DNA of 64,000 bases from Nitrospirota bacterium (GCA_963710375.1 CAVPZX010000008.1:64001-128000), one strand, 5' to 3'. Positions 1-10,329 are shown, counted from the stretch's first letter. Notes: generated by a model from the sequence alone, not told the origin. Numbers and translations are program-made.

Positions 1-515
1 CTGTACCAGTTCAGAAAATAAAGGTCTACCGCCACCCGGTTGTGACAGGTCTCGAACCTTCGCAGTCCCCGCAACTGGCAGCGATACCTGAAAAGTTTCT
101 CACCCATCGCTGAATAATAAACGCTCTTTCGGGTGAGCAGTTTAATGTCGGCATCCCAGGCAAGACCATTTTGCACACAGATAGCGAGGGGATTGTCGTT
201 TCTTACAGAAAAGAAGTCCGCTGCAAATATTTCGAGACGTTCGTCAGTCCCTGAATTCTTCCGTGCCACATCCCTGAAAAGCTGCACAAGTCTCTTGTTC
301 GGCATCCCCCTACGAGGATAACCGGGGATTCCAACCACGCGTGTATTCCCGTAACGACTCTCGAACGCATGTCCCGCGCATTGGTAAACAACCACCTCAT
401 GGCCCAAACTTTCAAGAAGAGGACAGAGATGGCTGATAAGTGTGCCAATGCCACCGCCACCTACGCTCACCTCGTCGTCTTTAAGGAACTGTATGAAATA
501 GATATCGGCCTTCAC
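1..515 (-). CDS. Glycosyltransferase, GT4-like, N-terminal part (runs off the window edge)
   Basis: Not in the ORF track. Manual translation from GTG at 515 gives VKADIYFIQFLKDDEVSVGGGGIGTLISHLCPLLESLGHEVVVYQC..., open to base 1; GGIG...LGHEV is a GT-B N-terminal pattern; glycan-locus context. Confidence 0.7.
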   Translation of the reverse strand, partial: MKADIYFIQFLKDDEVSVGGGGIGTLISHLCPLLESLGHEVVVYQCAGHAFESRYGNTRVVGIPGYPRRGMPNKRLVQLFRDVARKNSGTDERLEIFAADFFSVRNDNPLAICVQNGLAWDADIKLLTRKSVYYSAMGEKLFRYRCQLRGLRRFETCHNRVAVDLYFLNWY

Positions 516-524
516 TATTAACTG

Positions 525-2042
525 TTATTCTGACGGTTTGATACGCGAGGACTGATTATGTCCGCTATTCGGGAATACTCTCATTAGATTTCGCAACTTG
601 CGTAACAGTCTAAATATAAAAATAGACAGGTAACGGTATTTTCTCTTGCTCAGAAGGAGGGCTCTCAGATATCCCGGTTGAAAGCTTATAATTTGCCATC
701 TGCGTCCCTGCGAATACTTCTCGCCCAACATCCGATGAAGCTCTTCCAGGTTGAGGTTGTGCGCTGCAAGACGAAATCTCGGATCTACAATTGATGTATA
801 ACTCATATTGCCTTTGTAAAGGCTATACTCTTCTATAGTAAGGGGTGGTTTGACATATTGCTCATAGATCGCGGTCCCTGGATAAGGTGTGGTTATGCAT
901 ACGCCGTAGACGGTAGCCTTGATCTTCTCCATCAATTCGACGGTCCGGCTAACATCCTGCTCGGTCTCCCCCGGTGTATTGATGAGGATATTGGCGAACG
1001 TGCGAATATTTTCCGAACTGCACCGACGAAAAACCTCGAGAGTGTCCTCCACTTTTATGCCTTTTTTCATCCTGTCCAGAGACTCCTGAGAGCCGGACTC
1101 CACGCCGAAATCGATCTGGATGCAACCGCTTTTTTTCAGGGCGCGAAAGACGTTGTCCGGAAACTGATTGACCCGTCCCTCCATCCCCCAGACAAACCGG
1201 TATTTCAGATCCATGAGTTTTTCGCAGAATTCGATCACTCGATCCGGTTTGATCGTGAAGGTGTCGTCGTGAACGTAGAACCCATCGATATCAAAGGTCT
1301 CTTTCAGGTAGCGAAGTTCCCCGATAACAGCGTCTACCGTTCGATACCTGACATTCCTTCGTCTGTTTGCACAGAAGGTACAACTATAGGGGCAGCCCCG
1401 CGCTGTAAATATGTGAAACCCGGACAGGTATACCCACCGCGTTAGAAACTGATGGGGCTGCAGATAATAGTCAGTGTCAAGTTTTTGATACGGAAGAACC
1501 GGCATGTCGGCAAGCGACGGAAAGGCCGACTGGGGAGCGGTATGAACCACTTCGTTCCCCTCCTTGAAAACCAGACCTTCTATTCCTTCCAGAGAATATG
1601 CCCCTCCCCTTTCTGCTTCAATCAAACGGGTCAAAGGCACTTCTCCGTCTCCGACAACAGCAATATCGAAAGGACTATCTTCCATAACGAAAAAATCCTG
1701 CGGGGACACAGTAGCGTGTACACCGCCGATAATAATCTTTGCATTGCTCCTTGCCTTTATAGCGCCTGCCAATTTGACCAGATCATGGTATTCCTCGGTA
1801 AACCCGCTGAGGCCTATCAGCGGCGACCCGGAACCGACAGTTCGTTCAACCGTTTCATAAAAAACCCTTGCACTTTGTCTTTCAGAAAATTCCTCATTGA
1901 TATCACTCTTAACGTTGACAATATCTACGCGATATCCCTGCTTTTCAATATAACCGGTCAGCCACAGCATCCAATGTGGAACAATAGGGCTCTTGGCACG
2001 TCCCAATGTGGGCGTTGATACCAGACAAATATCAGCCGTCAA
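525..2042 (-). CDS. B12-binding-domain radical SAM protein
   Basis: CPYSCTFC (CxxxCxxC) motif; N-terminal IIIGGVHAT / VGDGE cobalamin-binding-type region; GVESGSQ, TPYPGT. Confidence 0.9.
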   Translation of the reverse strand: MTADICLVSTPTLGRAKSPIVPHWMLWLTGYIEKQGYRVDIVNVKSDINEEFSERQSARVFYETVERTVGSGSPLIGLSGFTEEYHDLVKLAGAIKARSNAKIIIGGVHATVSPQDFFVMEDSPFDIAVVGDGEVPLTRLIEAERGGAYSLEGIEGLVFKEGNEVVHTAPQSAFPSLADMPVLPYQKLDTDYYLQPHQFLTRWVYLSGFHIFTARGCPYSCTFCANRRRNVRYRTVDAVIGELRYLKETFDIDGFYVHDDTFTIKPDRVIEFCEKLMDLKYRFVWGMEGRVNQFPDNVFRALKKSGCIQIDFGVESGSQESLDRMKKGIKVEDTLEVFRRCSSENIRTFANILINTPGETEQDVSRTVELMEKIKATVYGVCITTPYPGTAIYEQYVKPPLTIEEYSLYKGNMSYTSIVDPRFRLAAHNLNLEELHRMLGEKYSQGRRWQIISFQPGYLRALLLSKRKYRYLSIFIFRLLRKLRNLMRVFPNSGHNQSSRIKPSE

Positions 2043-2078
2043 TTTCTTTTCCTTTCCACATTAATTGCCCGACTTCGC

Positions 2079-3260
2079 TTATTTCCATATCTCTTTTGCC
2101 CTGTTGACAAGCCATTGCCGGTCTATTCCCCTATCTATGACCTCGCTGATCATTTCTCTAATCCATCCAATTGTCCCCCGACGCGGCATTCTTTCCCTAT
2201 CATCGTCTTCATCAAACAACACTTCATATGCATCAAGCATTCTTTCAGCCGAGTATCTCTGCACCGCGGATTCCCTTGCAGCTTCAGACATCAGGACAAG
2301 CTTTTCAGGATTTTTCAGCAGACCGACAATAGCATCTGCAAAGCCCTCAACATTGCCTGACTCCACGAGAGTTCCGGTAACTCCGTCCTCGATAATGTCA
2401 TCAGTGATTCCGGGAAGATGCGATACAACAGGAACTGCACCACATAACATTGCTTCCACAATTATAAGACCAAACCCTTCCACGCGGGACGGCAACAAAA
2501 GAATTTCAGTATCTCTGAGTATTTTAGCAACCTGCGCTGCTGTGACATACCCTGTAAATGCTGCTTTAATTTTTTTTTCATTTAGTCTTTTTTCCAGCAA
2601 GGATCGTAAAGGTCCTTTGCCGGTAATAGTAATTTCAATATCCGGGAAACGCTGCGTTACCGGCTCGAGAATCAGGGGAAGCATGTCGGAGCCCTTATTC
2701 ATATCCAGGTTCCCGACAAAAGAAATCCGGGGGCTTGTTAGACTGGTATCCCTTCTTCTAAAAGAAAATAGATCGGCATTTACACCGTGGGGTATGACTT
2801 TAATTCTATTACGAATATTTTTACCCACATAATGTCTGAAATGTTTCGCCAGCGCCCGCGAAGGGGCTACCCATCGGAAAATACGTTTATAGTAACGGCG
2901 TGCTACGTTATAAATCCCCTCGATATCATTATGCAAAATAGCAACAGGTTTTATTTCGACGGAAATGCAGGGTAAAGATTGGTGAAGGAGTGAACAATGA
3001 TTCAACAATAAAATATCAGGCGCTGTGGCATTAACAATATCTACAGCTACTTTCAACTTTTTATAGGAAAGCGGTAATGATGTGAGATCATGGCAGCGGA
3101 AAGCAATTTTTTCCATATCTGCGTAGTATTCATTCGGTCCGTTGGTTACCAAAAAATGAATCACCCAACCCCTTTTCCGAAGTCCATCAGCCAGAGTAAG
3201 GGTATATGTCCCCAAGCCGCCTGATGTTATCGATTCGTTACATATTAGAATAGACGGCAT
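2079..3260 (-). CDS. Glycosyltransferase family 4
   Basis: GGLGTY N-terminus; PSRVEGFGLIIVEAMLCG (Ex7E) motif. Confidence 0.9.
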   Translation of the reverse strand: MPSILICNESITSGGLGTYTLTLADGLRKRGWVIHFLVTNGPNEYYADMEKIAFRCHDLTSLPLSYKKLKVAVDIVNATAPDILLLNHCSLLHQSLPCISVEIKPVAILHNDIEGIYNVARRYYKRIFRWVAPSRALAKHFRHYVGKNIRNRIKVIPHGVNADLFSFRRRDTSLTSPRISFVGNLDMNKGSDMLPLILEPVTQRFPDIEITITGKGPLRSLLEKRLNEKKIKAAFTGYVTAAQVAKILRDTEILLLPSRVEGFGLIIVEAMLCGAVPVVSHLPGITDDIIEDGVTGTLVESGNVEGFADAIVGLLKNPEKLVLMSEAARESAVQRYSAERMLDAYEVLFDEDDDRERMPRRGTIGWIREMISEVIDRGIDRQWLVNRAKEIWK

Positions 3261-3305
3261 TGTTATTCCCGGTATTCAGAGATATTTTTGAATGTTCGCA
3301 GAAGT

Positions 3306-4907
3306 TCAGCACTTGTCTTTAGCTATCCCGACTTTAATCACGGTTTTGTGCAACCATATGGCACTAAGGACTACGGCGGTAAGTTGTACGAAATAAGCCC
3401 ACCAACTCATCCACAACCCGTAGTGCATAAAATATACCTGTTGGGGGAACTTTAGAGGGTATGCCATGTCTTGCGGCAACCATGGAGCCAAATTCAGCTT
3501 CATCCAGAACTGCGCGTACACGACCGTAAGAGCGGCTAATACGTATTTGAACGATGCCTTCGTGCTCGACGACTCCAGGGCAAGGACGAGACCTAAGACG
3601 AAGAAAGGCCAGGCAATGGTTATAAAGCGCGGCTCTCCTATTAGTCCCAAGGGCAAGGAAATCGCGATAATTGCTACGACACCTAGCCCTAATTTTCTTG
3701 CCTCGACACAAAATGCCTTCCAATAAAGAAGAAGCAACAACACTACAGGTCCCCAAAACACAGCTAACGTAACTATAGGTAATAGAAATTTTCCTTGAAG
3801 ATGATGAAGATCATCACCGGGTACCAATACTCTTTTAATTAACTGTAGCATGCTGTTTGGATTGGCAATGCCTGGACTTGAAATGATCTTAACCAAATAG
3901 AAAGGTATAAGAACCGCTGCAATTGCCAGTGCGACTAAAGGAAGTTGTGCTCTCCGGAGATTGGCAAGAAGCGCCGGAAGGAACGATCGAGATCCAATTA
4001 GCATTGCAAGCGCAACCAGCATGCCGATGAGAGATGGCAATCCGGTAAGCAATCGTTCCAGTCGATCGAATGAAGGTGCGACATTGAACGGCATTACATT
4101 ACCCAATATTTTTAGCCAGTTATTGAACACGGTACTTGCGTGTTCGGACACCGGCGCCACCCGCGCCAAAGTTATATACCCGATAATTGACATAATAAGC
4201 ACTACAAGACCGCCAAGCTTGACAAGAGAGGAAAGCGTTACCGATTTAAAAGTCAAGGTTGACGCTGCAGGTTCGATTACCTCCCTTGGAAGGTCCTCCC
4301 TGGGGAAAATTAATAGGAAGGCGCCGCAAATGCTCACTGCGGGCCAGCAGAAAGCTCCAACTATCGTTGTGACGAACAGGGCGATTGGTTTCTTTTCAAC
4401 GTAGAAAAGCAACAGCAACATAGCGACAACTAGAGCTGTGACGTCAGTGAGAACCGGATAATAGAATGCTTGCTTAGAACACTGAAAATTGACAAAAATC
4501 CCGCTGAATCCTATCCAACGTCCTGAGAGACTGAGCGAAAAGCTATCAGCCACACGCTTCCAAACCCAGCATGCTCCCACAAGAAGAACCAAATTATACA
4601 GTTCAAAGCCTCGAATGATATTTATGTCACTCGTTGGGGTTCCAGAGAAGAGCATCATGCTCCGCACGATGAGAGAAGGAAGAATTCTGTGCGCGTAATA
4701 GCTGTTCAGCTGTCCTCCACTGATCAATGAATCGAGGTTGCGGACCATGTCTGCATAAAGAACGCCGTCCCACCCAAGGCCTCCGCCTGCCTGCACTTTC
4801 TCTCCCCATATAAAATTTAGTAAGCCGAGAACAAAAACTATAAGGATCATAAGCCGGTGACTGCTTTGAATCCCGTTCCACGAAAAAGCTTTTCCTATAG
4901 ATGTCAT
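3306..4907 (-). CDS. Multi-pass membrane protein, possibly a GT-C-type glycan-modifying enzyme
   Basis: Many hydrophobic segments; GLGWDGVLY after TM1; start moved to ATG 4907 to avoid overlap with the upstream gene. Confidence 0.55.
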   Translation of the reverse strand: MTSIGKAFSWNGIQSSHRLMILIVFVLGLLNFIWGEKVQAGGGLGWDGVLYADMVRNLDSLISGGQLNSYYAHRILPSLIVRSMMLFSGTPTSDINIIRGFELYNLVLLVGACWVWKRVADSFSLSLSGRWIGFSGIFVNFQCSKQAFYYPVLTDVTALVVAMLLLLFYVEKKPIALFVTTIVGAFCWPAVSICGAFLLIFPREDLPREVIEPAASTLTFKSVTLSSLVKLGGLVVLIMSIIGYITLARVAPVSEHASTVFNNWLKILGNVMPFNVAPSFDRLERLLTGLPSLIGMLVALAMLIGSRSFLPALLANLRRAQLPLVALAIAAVLIPFYLVKIISSPGIANPNSMLQLIKRVLVPGDDLHHLQGKFLLPIVTLAVFWGPVVLLLLLYWKAFCVEARKLGLGVVAIIAISLPLGLIGEPRFITIAWPFFVLGLVLALESSSTKASFKYVLAALTVVYAQFWMKLNLAPWLPQDMAYPLKFPQQVYFMHYGLWMSWWAYFVQLTAVVLSAIWLHKTVIKVGIAKDKC

Positions 4908-4938
4908 TTTATTGTTGACCACGATAATACGAGCATAA

Positions 4939-6042
4939 TCACGTCTGCAGCGCGAGAATCTTTTCGAAAAAACTACGGACCTGATTCGACAAATAATGAA
5001 GAACCATTGCAAGGACTACAATAAAACCGAAGTAAACGAAGAAAAACAAATATAGGGGGGGCCTGAAGAGAAAAAAATCATACTTTACCATGAAAGGGAA
5101 ATGAAGCAGAAAAATCTCATAAGAATATTTGCCCAGAAACGTTAATACCTTGCTCATGATATGATATTTTTCGATAAATACGGAGAGGATAACCACGCAG
5201 CATAATACAATAATCGACCTTATTAACCAAAATAAAGCTGAATCTGCACCCCTGAAAATCTTAAGTAGTGCACCCAAAAGTAAAAGGGTTGCAATTATAA
5301 CCGTGCCGTTTTTGAACGAGATGAAAGTGTGCTGAATATGGCGATATATTAAATATACCGATACTCCAAAGGGAAAGGCTATCGCGAACTGAATCCAGAT
5401 TTGCAAATACGGCTGAAGGCGAGTATGACGAATTACATAAGATATTCCTATCATGATACAAAAAAAGAGAACGCTCTTTTGCCATTCCTTTATATTAAGC
5501 CGGGATAACAGATAAAAAATAAGATAGGAAAACACAATAAATGATATAAACCATGCGCTTGCATTGATCGTGTTGCCTTGCACGAAAATAACGCCTAGAA
5601 AGCTTAAAACAATTTCATCAGCCTTGTGGACGCTTCCAAGCAGTAAATAATCTAAAATGATGAACAGACATAATGACAGCCAGAGAGGCACAGCTAATTT
5701 CAGAACGCGATTACGCCAAAAAGTGCTGCTAACACGGCTGAACCCATATTTTTGAACTGTTCCTGTTCCTGACAAGTACAGGAAAATAAGCACCGCATCA
5801 TTTCCGCCATCCCTGAGGAACATCGGCGAATTGAAAATAATCTGCGCCGCATGTCCTATAAATAAGAATACGATCGCGACGCCCCTTAACGTAAACGAGG
5901 TGCGAAACTCAAACATACTGCTTGCTTCCTTTTTTGAGGTAAACCAAATCGCAATGACCAGCAGACAACTGATTATCAAGAAAGAACCGGCCGGATGAGG
6001 AACTTCGAGGCTTTGAAAACTATGTGACGCAAAATTGATCAT
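4939..6042 (-). CDS. Acyltransferase family 3 (OafA/YrhL-like membrane O-acyltransferase)
   Basis: LRGVAIVFLFIGH, IFLYLSG, FWRNRVLKL, AWFI, LGKYSYEIFLLHF motifs; start inferred at ATG 6042. Confidence 0.8.
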   Translation of the reverse strand: MINFASHSFQSLEVPHPAGSFLIISCLLVIAIWFTSKKEASSMFEFRTSFTLRGVAIVFLFIGHAAQIIFNSPMFLRDGGNDAVLIFLYLSGTGTVQKYGFSRVSSTFWRNRVLKLAVPLWLSLCLFIILDYLLLGSVHKADEIVLSFLGVIFVQGNTINASAWFISFIVFSYLIFYLLSRLNIKEWQKSVLFFCIMIGISYVIRHTRLQPYLQIWIQFAIAFPFGVSVYLIYRHIQHTFISFKNGTVIIATLLLLGALLKIFRGADSALFWLIRSIIVLCCVVILSVFIEKYHIMSKVLTFLGKYSYEIFLLHFPFMVKYDFFLFRPPLYLFFFVYFGFIVVLAMVLHYLSNQVRSFFEKILALQT

Positions 6043-6085
6043 ATGTTTGGAAACCGCTTTGCCGATACGTCGCAATCCATCACGT

Positions 6086-7054
6086 TCACAGCTGAACTTT
6101 CTCGACTTCAAGCGGCTCGTTTGAGCGCTCCAGGATCCGGCCTGCTGCACGTACCACATCTTCAGGCTGAACCATATTCATACAACGCCTGTCGTCGTTG
6201 CACTCATCCCATTTCCAGCATGGCGCGCATTTCACAAAGCTGTTCAAATTCTCGTTACAAATGTAACCGCTCTGCCAGGAATGCTCCCGCCCCCCATAGA
6301 TGATTACCGAACGGCAATCGACTGCCCGGGCAAGATGCATAAGAAATCCCGCGGTTCCGATAAAGACTTCCGACCGACTGAGTATACCCGCAGTCTCTCT
6401 GATCGATGTTTTTCCACGGCGGTCAATCACTCCTTCTAAAGGATAATCGTGATCGCTTCCGACCTGAATAATGGTCAGTGCGGGATATATTTCTCTCATC
6501 TGGTCAATAACGACCTGAAATTTAGCGGTATCCCAGAGTTTATTCCGCATAATTGTGGTGTAGGAATTTATACCGACGCACTGAACAGCGATTTGTCTTG
6601 CGGTGCGGACTCCCGATATTATTTCGTCACGGTGAAAGAAGAAATAAGGCTTTATTGATATTTCACCATGCACTCCGGCCTTTCGGCATAATTCAGCTAT
6701 AATATGAATTTTAGGGGGTATCTCCGCTTTTCTGGGCTCCGTTTCTATGGCATAGCTAAGCCGTTGCCTTCTCGGTTCCATCATAATAGAATACCGCAAC
6801 GGCCAATGCTCCATCGAAAACACCTTCGCGTAATCCGGATTGTGCCTCAAGAGTTCCGGTGAATGTGAAACCTGCCAGATTTTCACAGACTGCTTTCTTT
6901 TCTTGATCTCATGGGCAACTGCAGTCAGGAGCAATTCATCGCCAATGCCTCCCCCAAATTGGAGCATGATATCCGGAAAGCCGTGTCGAACCACATCGAG
7001 AAGAGCCTGTAACTCTATTGATCCGGCATGAATAATTTTTTCCAATATGTTCAA
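6086..7054 (-). CDS. Glycosyltransferase family 9 (heptosyltransferase-like)
   Basis: GGIGDELLLT, GKTSIRETAGIL, GFLMHLARAV, C-terminal CAPC..C..CM; start inferred at TTG 7054 downstream of GAGGAG. Confidence 0.8.
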   Translation of the reverse strand: MNILEKIIHAGSIELQALLDVVRHGFPDIMLQFGGGIGDELLLTAVAHEIKKRKQSVKIWQVSHSPELLRHNPDYAKVFSMEHWPLRYSIMMEPRRQRLSYAIETEPRKAEIPPKIHIIAELCRKAGVHGEISIKPYFFFHRDEIISGVRTARQIAVQCVGINSYTTIMRNKLWDTAKFQVVIDQMREIYPALTIIQVGSDHDYPLEGVIDRRGKTSIRETAGILSRSEVFIGTAGFLMHLARAVDCRSVIIYGGREHSWQSGYICNENLNSFVKCAPCWKWDECNDDRRCMNMVQPEDVVRAAGRILERSNEPLEVEKVQL

Positions 7055-7076
7055 AAACGAACAACGCTCCTCATTT

Positions 7077-7748
7077 TCAGGGCTTACGGGCACAGACAAA
7101 AAAGGAATTGAAATGATCGGGACCATCATCTTTTTCAACAATCGTGAGTTCACGCTTTATCAACGCGTTCGTTACCGTTTCAGGCTCAGGGACCCATTTG
7201 TGAATTCCTGCCATAAAGGGATTTGACATATGCCATAATTTACAGGAGGGATGAGGCAGATATAGAAACAAAATCCCTCCGGCCTTTAACCTGGAAACCC
7301 AGAGATCAAGCGCTGGTTCCCACTCCGCAATATGCTCTAAACAGTGAGAGCTGAATACATAATCCTGTGAACCATCAGGGACCTCGTCTATCTGGTTAGC
7401 GGTTCCCGGTCCTTGCCCGGTATCGATTGGCGTACTGCCCGGCAAAGGCCAGAAAGCGGCGCCAATATCCAGCCCCTTTCCTTTACAGTATTTCAGCGCC
7501 TTTTTACGGATGGCAAACGAATTTCCTCCTACCGTAAGATAGTCGGGATAGAATTCTCCTTCGTAGATCCATCCACCCGGAACTCTTTCATGGCCGGTTG
7601 CAATCATAGCGCGATAGACATGAAAAAGCGCAGGGCAGTCAGGCATCTCATCCAAGGCTCTTAGAGGATCTCCTCCCAGTCTGCGCAAGGCCGGTCTCAA
7701 TGCATGCCGGATGTGCTTGAATAGTTGTTTTACCATAGGAATTGACAA
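7077..7748 (-). CDS. Class I SAM-dependent methyltransferase
   Basis: GLDIGA motif I; DYVFSSHCLEH; LKAGGILFLYLP; start may be ATG 7736. Confidence 0.8.
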   Translation of the reverse strand: MSIPMVKQLFKHIRHALRPALRRLGGDPLRALDEMPDCPALFHVYRAMIATGHERVPGGWIYEGEFYPDYLTVGGNSFAIRKKALKYCKGKGLDIGAAFWPLPGSTPIDTGQGPGTANQIDEVPDGSQDYVFSSHCLEHIAEWEPALDLWVSRLKAGGILFLYLPHPSCKLWHMSNPFMAGIHKWVPEPETVTNALIKRELTIVEKDDGPDHFNSFFVCARKP

Positions 7749-7753
7749 CTCAG

Positions 7754-9046
7754 TCAGCGAGAAGAGAACGTATAGTCAACCTGTGGGATCAGTGCGCCAC
7801 GTCTTGTATGCGCCCTAAATTTTGCAGATGCTTCAGAGGGCGTTATTTCGAAATATGCGGCTTCCTGAATGTAATCCTCCATGACAATATCAGAAAGACC
7901 CGACTTGAGGCCAAGGCCGAGCATATACATCCCCGGCATAAGCAGCAGGTTTCTAAATTCCGCTATAATTTTGTATTCACCTGGCTGGACATTGTCCGGC
8001 GATATACTATCTGAGGACAGGGAAGATGCAATCTCGATGAAGTTATTGTTATATAACGCTATGCCAAGCTCGATCGTGGGCAGCGGCTTCGTGACCGTCA
8101 CCGATATTTCAAACGTGGGATGTTCTCCAAAAGCGATATGCCATGGGGTATCGGAATCAGTTATCATTTTTATTCCCTTTAGCATTGCACCCTTGCTGAG
8201 CATGGGTGATGTTCTTTTCTTGACCGAAAGGTCGATTACACGGCCAGAAGACCCGGCCCAATCTGCTACATAATTATTGACACATTTTTCTATCTCGCCT
8301 ATAAACCGCGTAGAACCATCCCGTAAATGAATACCTCTATTACAGAAACTCAAAACAGCGCCCATATTGTGACTCACAAGTATTACGGTTCTCCCTTCTT
8401 TGCCCACATTTTCCATCTTCCCCAGACACTTTTTCTGAAACTGCACATCACCCACCGCGAGCACTTCGTCTACAATTAATATCTCCGGCTCAAGATGGGC
8501 CGCCACGGCAAAAGCCAATCTCACATACATGCCCGACGAAAAGTGCTTCACCGGAGTATCGAGAAATTTCTCGATCTCGGCAAAATCAACTATATCGTCA
8601 AACTTCTTTTTTATCTCGGCCTTTGTCATTCCCAGGATCGCGCCGTTAAGAAAGATATTCTCACGTCCCGTCAGTTCAGGATGGAAGCCGGTGCCTACTT
8701 CAAGGAGGCTTGCCACCCGTCCTTTGATACCGATCTTTCCGGTGGTCGGTTCTGTAATCCTGCTGAGAATCTTCAGAAGAGTTGATTTTCCCGCGCCGTT
8801 TCGACCAATGATACCCACGCGGTCCCCGCGCTCAATCTCGAAATTAATATCCTTAAGAGCATAAAAGTCTTCCCGGGAAGCAGCAAGAGGTGAAGTGGGA
8901 TCGGTAAAAGGTGAAAGCATTCTTCGACCGAAATTTCCGACGCCCCTTGCAAGCACATCCCGCAGGGCGGTGTAACGCTCCGTCTGCTCGTGCCGCAGCC
9001 GGTATCTCTTGCTGAGCTTTTCGACTTTGATGACGGTGTCACTCAT
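7754..9046 (-). CDS. wzt: Polysaccharide ABC exporter ATPase with C-terminal Wzt_C domain
   Basis: GRNGAGKST Walker A, FSSGM signature, ILIVDEVLAVGD; ~170-aa C-terminal extension. Confidence 0.93.
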   Translation of the reverse strand: MSDTVIKVEKLSKRYRLRHEQTERYTALRDVLARGVGNFGRRMLSPFTDPTSPLAASREDFYALKDINFEIERGDRVGIIGRNGAGKSTLLKILSRITEPTTGKIGIKGRVASLLEVGTGFHPELTGRENIFLNGAILGMTKAEIKKKFDDIVDFAEIEKFLDTPVKHFSSGMYVRLAFAVAAHLEPEILIVDEVLAVGDVQFQKKCLGKMENVGKEGRTVILVSHNMGAVLSFCNRGIHLRDGSTRFIGEIEKCVNNYVADWAGSSGRVIDLSVKKRTSPMLSKGAMLKGIKMITDSDTPWHIAFGEHPTFEISVTVTKPLPTIELGIALYNNNFIEIASSLSSDSISPDNVQPGEYKIIAEFRNLLLMPGMYMLGLGLKSGLSDIVMEDYIQEAAYFEITPSEASAKFRAHTRRGALIPQVDYTFSSR

Positions 9047-9054
9047 AAAGTCAC

Positions 9055-9082
9055 ATGAATAGTGAATTGTGAATAGTGAATT
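9055..9082. repeat. 7-mer tandem array ATGAATA GTGAATT GTGAATA GTGAATT
   Basis: Read directly; reverse-complementary in consensus to the array at 9474-9501. Confidence 0.9.
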
Positions 9083-9096
9083 GATTTCCCACGAGA

Positions 9097-9483
9097 CTAT
9101 TTTTCACTGTTTATTTTACCTTTCATATAGTTCATCAATCCTGCCAACTTGCCGGCAACTGAATCGATCTTGTGATCCAGTTCGATCTTGTCCTCTTTGC
9201 TAAGGTACTCCAGATTAAATGCAATCTCCATCTGCGTATCCAACTCACTGAGAGACCCTCCAGCGACGTTAAGAAATTGAGCAAATGCCTTCCGGGAGTT
9301 GCGGGCAGCGCCTTCGGCAATATTACTAGGTACAGAAACAACGGATCGGCGCATTTGCGAGGCCAAGCCATAAGTTTCCGACTTGGGAAACCTTTCTGTA
9401 AGCCGATAGATATGCGTTGCAAGTGCAACACTTTCGCACCACACATCGAGTTTCTTATGTGCCCTGTATTGACTATTCACCAT
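9097..9483 (-). CDS. Four helix bundle protein (23S rRNA IVP / bAvd-like family)
   Basis: KLDVW, FPKSETYGLASQMRRSVVSVPSNIAEG, A.GSLSELDTQ family motifs; 128 aa. Confidence 0.9.
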   Translation of the reverse strand: MVNSQYRAHKKLDVWCESVALATHIYRLTERFPKSETYGLASQMRRSVVSVPSNIAEGAARNSRKAFAQFLNVAGGSLSELDTQMEIAFNLEYLSKEDKIELDHKIDSVAGKLAGLMNYMKGKINSEK

Positions 9484-9501
9484 TCACTTTTCACAATTCA
9501 C
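9474..9501. repeat. 7-mer tandem array TATTCAC CATTCAC TTTTCAC AATTCAC
   Basis: Read directly; contains the ATG of the four-helix-bundle gene; begins 3 nt after the wzm stop. Confidence 0.9.
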
Positions 9502-9504
9502 GCC

Positions 9505-10329
9505 CTAAATCATATCCGCAAAAGTCTTCTCGGTTTTTCTGAAATACCAAATGCCTGAGACAAGCAATATACCGACGATTGTCATCGAAACTATAAAGCC
9601 CGGTAGGTAGATTTTGCTTTCGCCTCTCAGGATCGCCCAGCGAAAGCCGTCTATCACACCCACTATGGGATTAAGCGAATAGAGAAAACGCCATTTACCA
9701 GGTACAATGCTGCTCGAAAAACCCACGGGAGAAATATAAAGGCCGAATTGGAGTATGAAAGGGACGATGTAACGGAAATCTCGATACTTGACATTAAGGG
9801 CCGTAAGCCAGAGTCCTGCACCCATGGAAGCAGCAAATGCAATTCCAATGAATAACGGCAAGGCCAGGATCCGCCAACCAGGCGCAATATGGTACCAAAC
9901 CATAAGACTAACTAGGATTGCGCCGGAGATAAGGAAATCCACAAAACTCGTAATCACCGCGCTAGCAGGTATAATCAACCGTGGAAAATACACTTTCGAG
10001 ATCAGGTTCGCATTTCCGACAAGGCTGTTGCTCGCCTCGGAAAGGGCGTTGGAGAAGAACTGCCAGGGAAGCATAGCGGCAAAAACGAGGATGGGATATG
10101 GGACTCCCTCGGACGGCAGCTTTGCCAGCTTGCCGAAGACCACAGTAAAAACAATCATCGTGAGAAGCGGCCTCAACAATGCCCAGGCAATGCCGATAAC
10201 AGTCTGTTTATAACGGACAAGGATATCGCGCCACGTGAGAAAATAAAAAAGCTCCCTGTATTTCCAAAGGTCTTTCCAGTATCTCCCTTCGATTTTTCCG
10301 GCTTCAATGACTAGATCGAAATTATCCAT
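9505..10329 (-). CDS. wzm: Polysaccharide ABC exporter permease
   Basis: RDILVRYKQTVIG, NANLISKVYFPR, YSLNP, EKTFAD motifs. Confidence 0.93.
   Translation of the reverse strand: MDNFDLVIEAGKIEGRYWKDLWKYRELFYFLTWRDILVRYKQTVIGIAWALLRPLLTMIVFTVVFGKLAKLPSEGVPYPILVFAAMLPWQFFSNALSEASNSLVGNANLISKVYFPRLIIPASAVITSFVDFLISGAILVSLMVWYHIAPGWRILALPLFIGIAFAASMGAGLWLTALNVKYRDFRYIVPFILQFGLYISPVGFSSSIVPGKWRFLYSLNPIVGVIDGFRWAILRGESKIYLPGFIVSMTIVGILLVSGIWYFRKTEKTFADMI

Noticed and set aside
9097..9483. Diversity-generating retroelement suggested by an Avd-like protein
   Set aside because: No reverse transcriptase and no TR/VR pair seen in the window.
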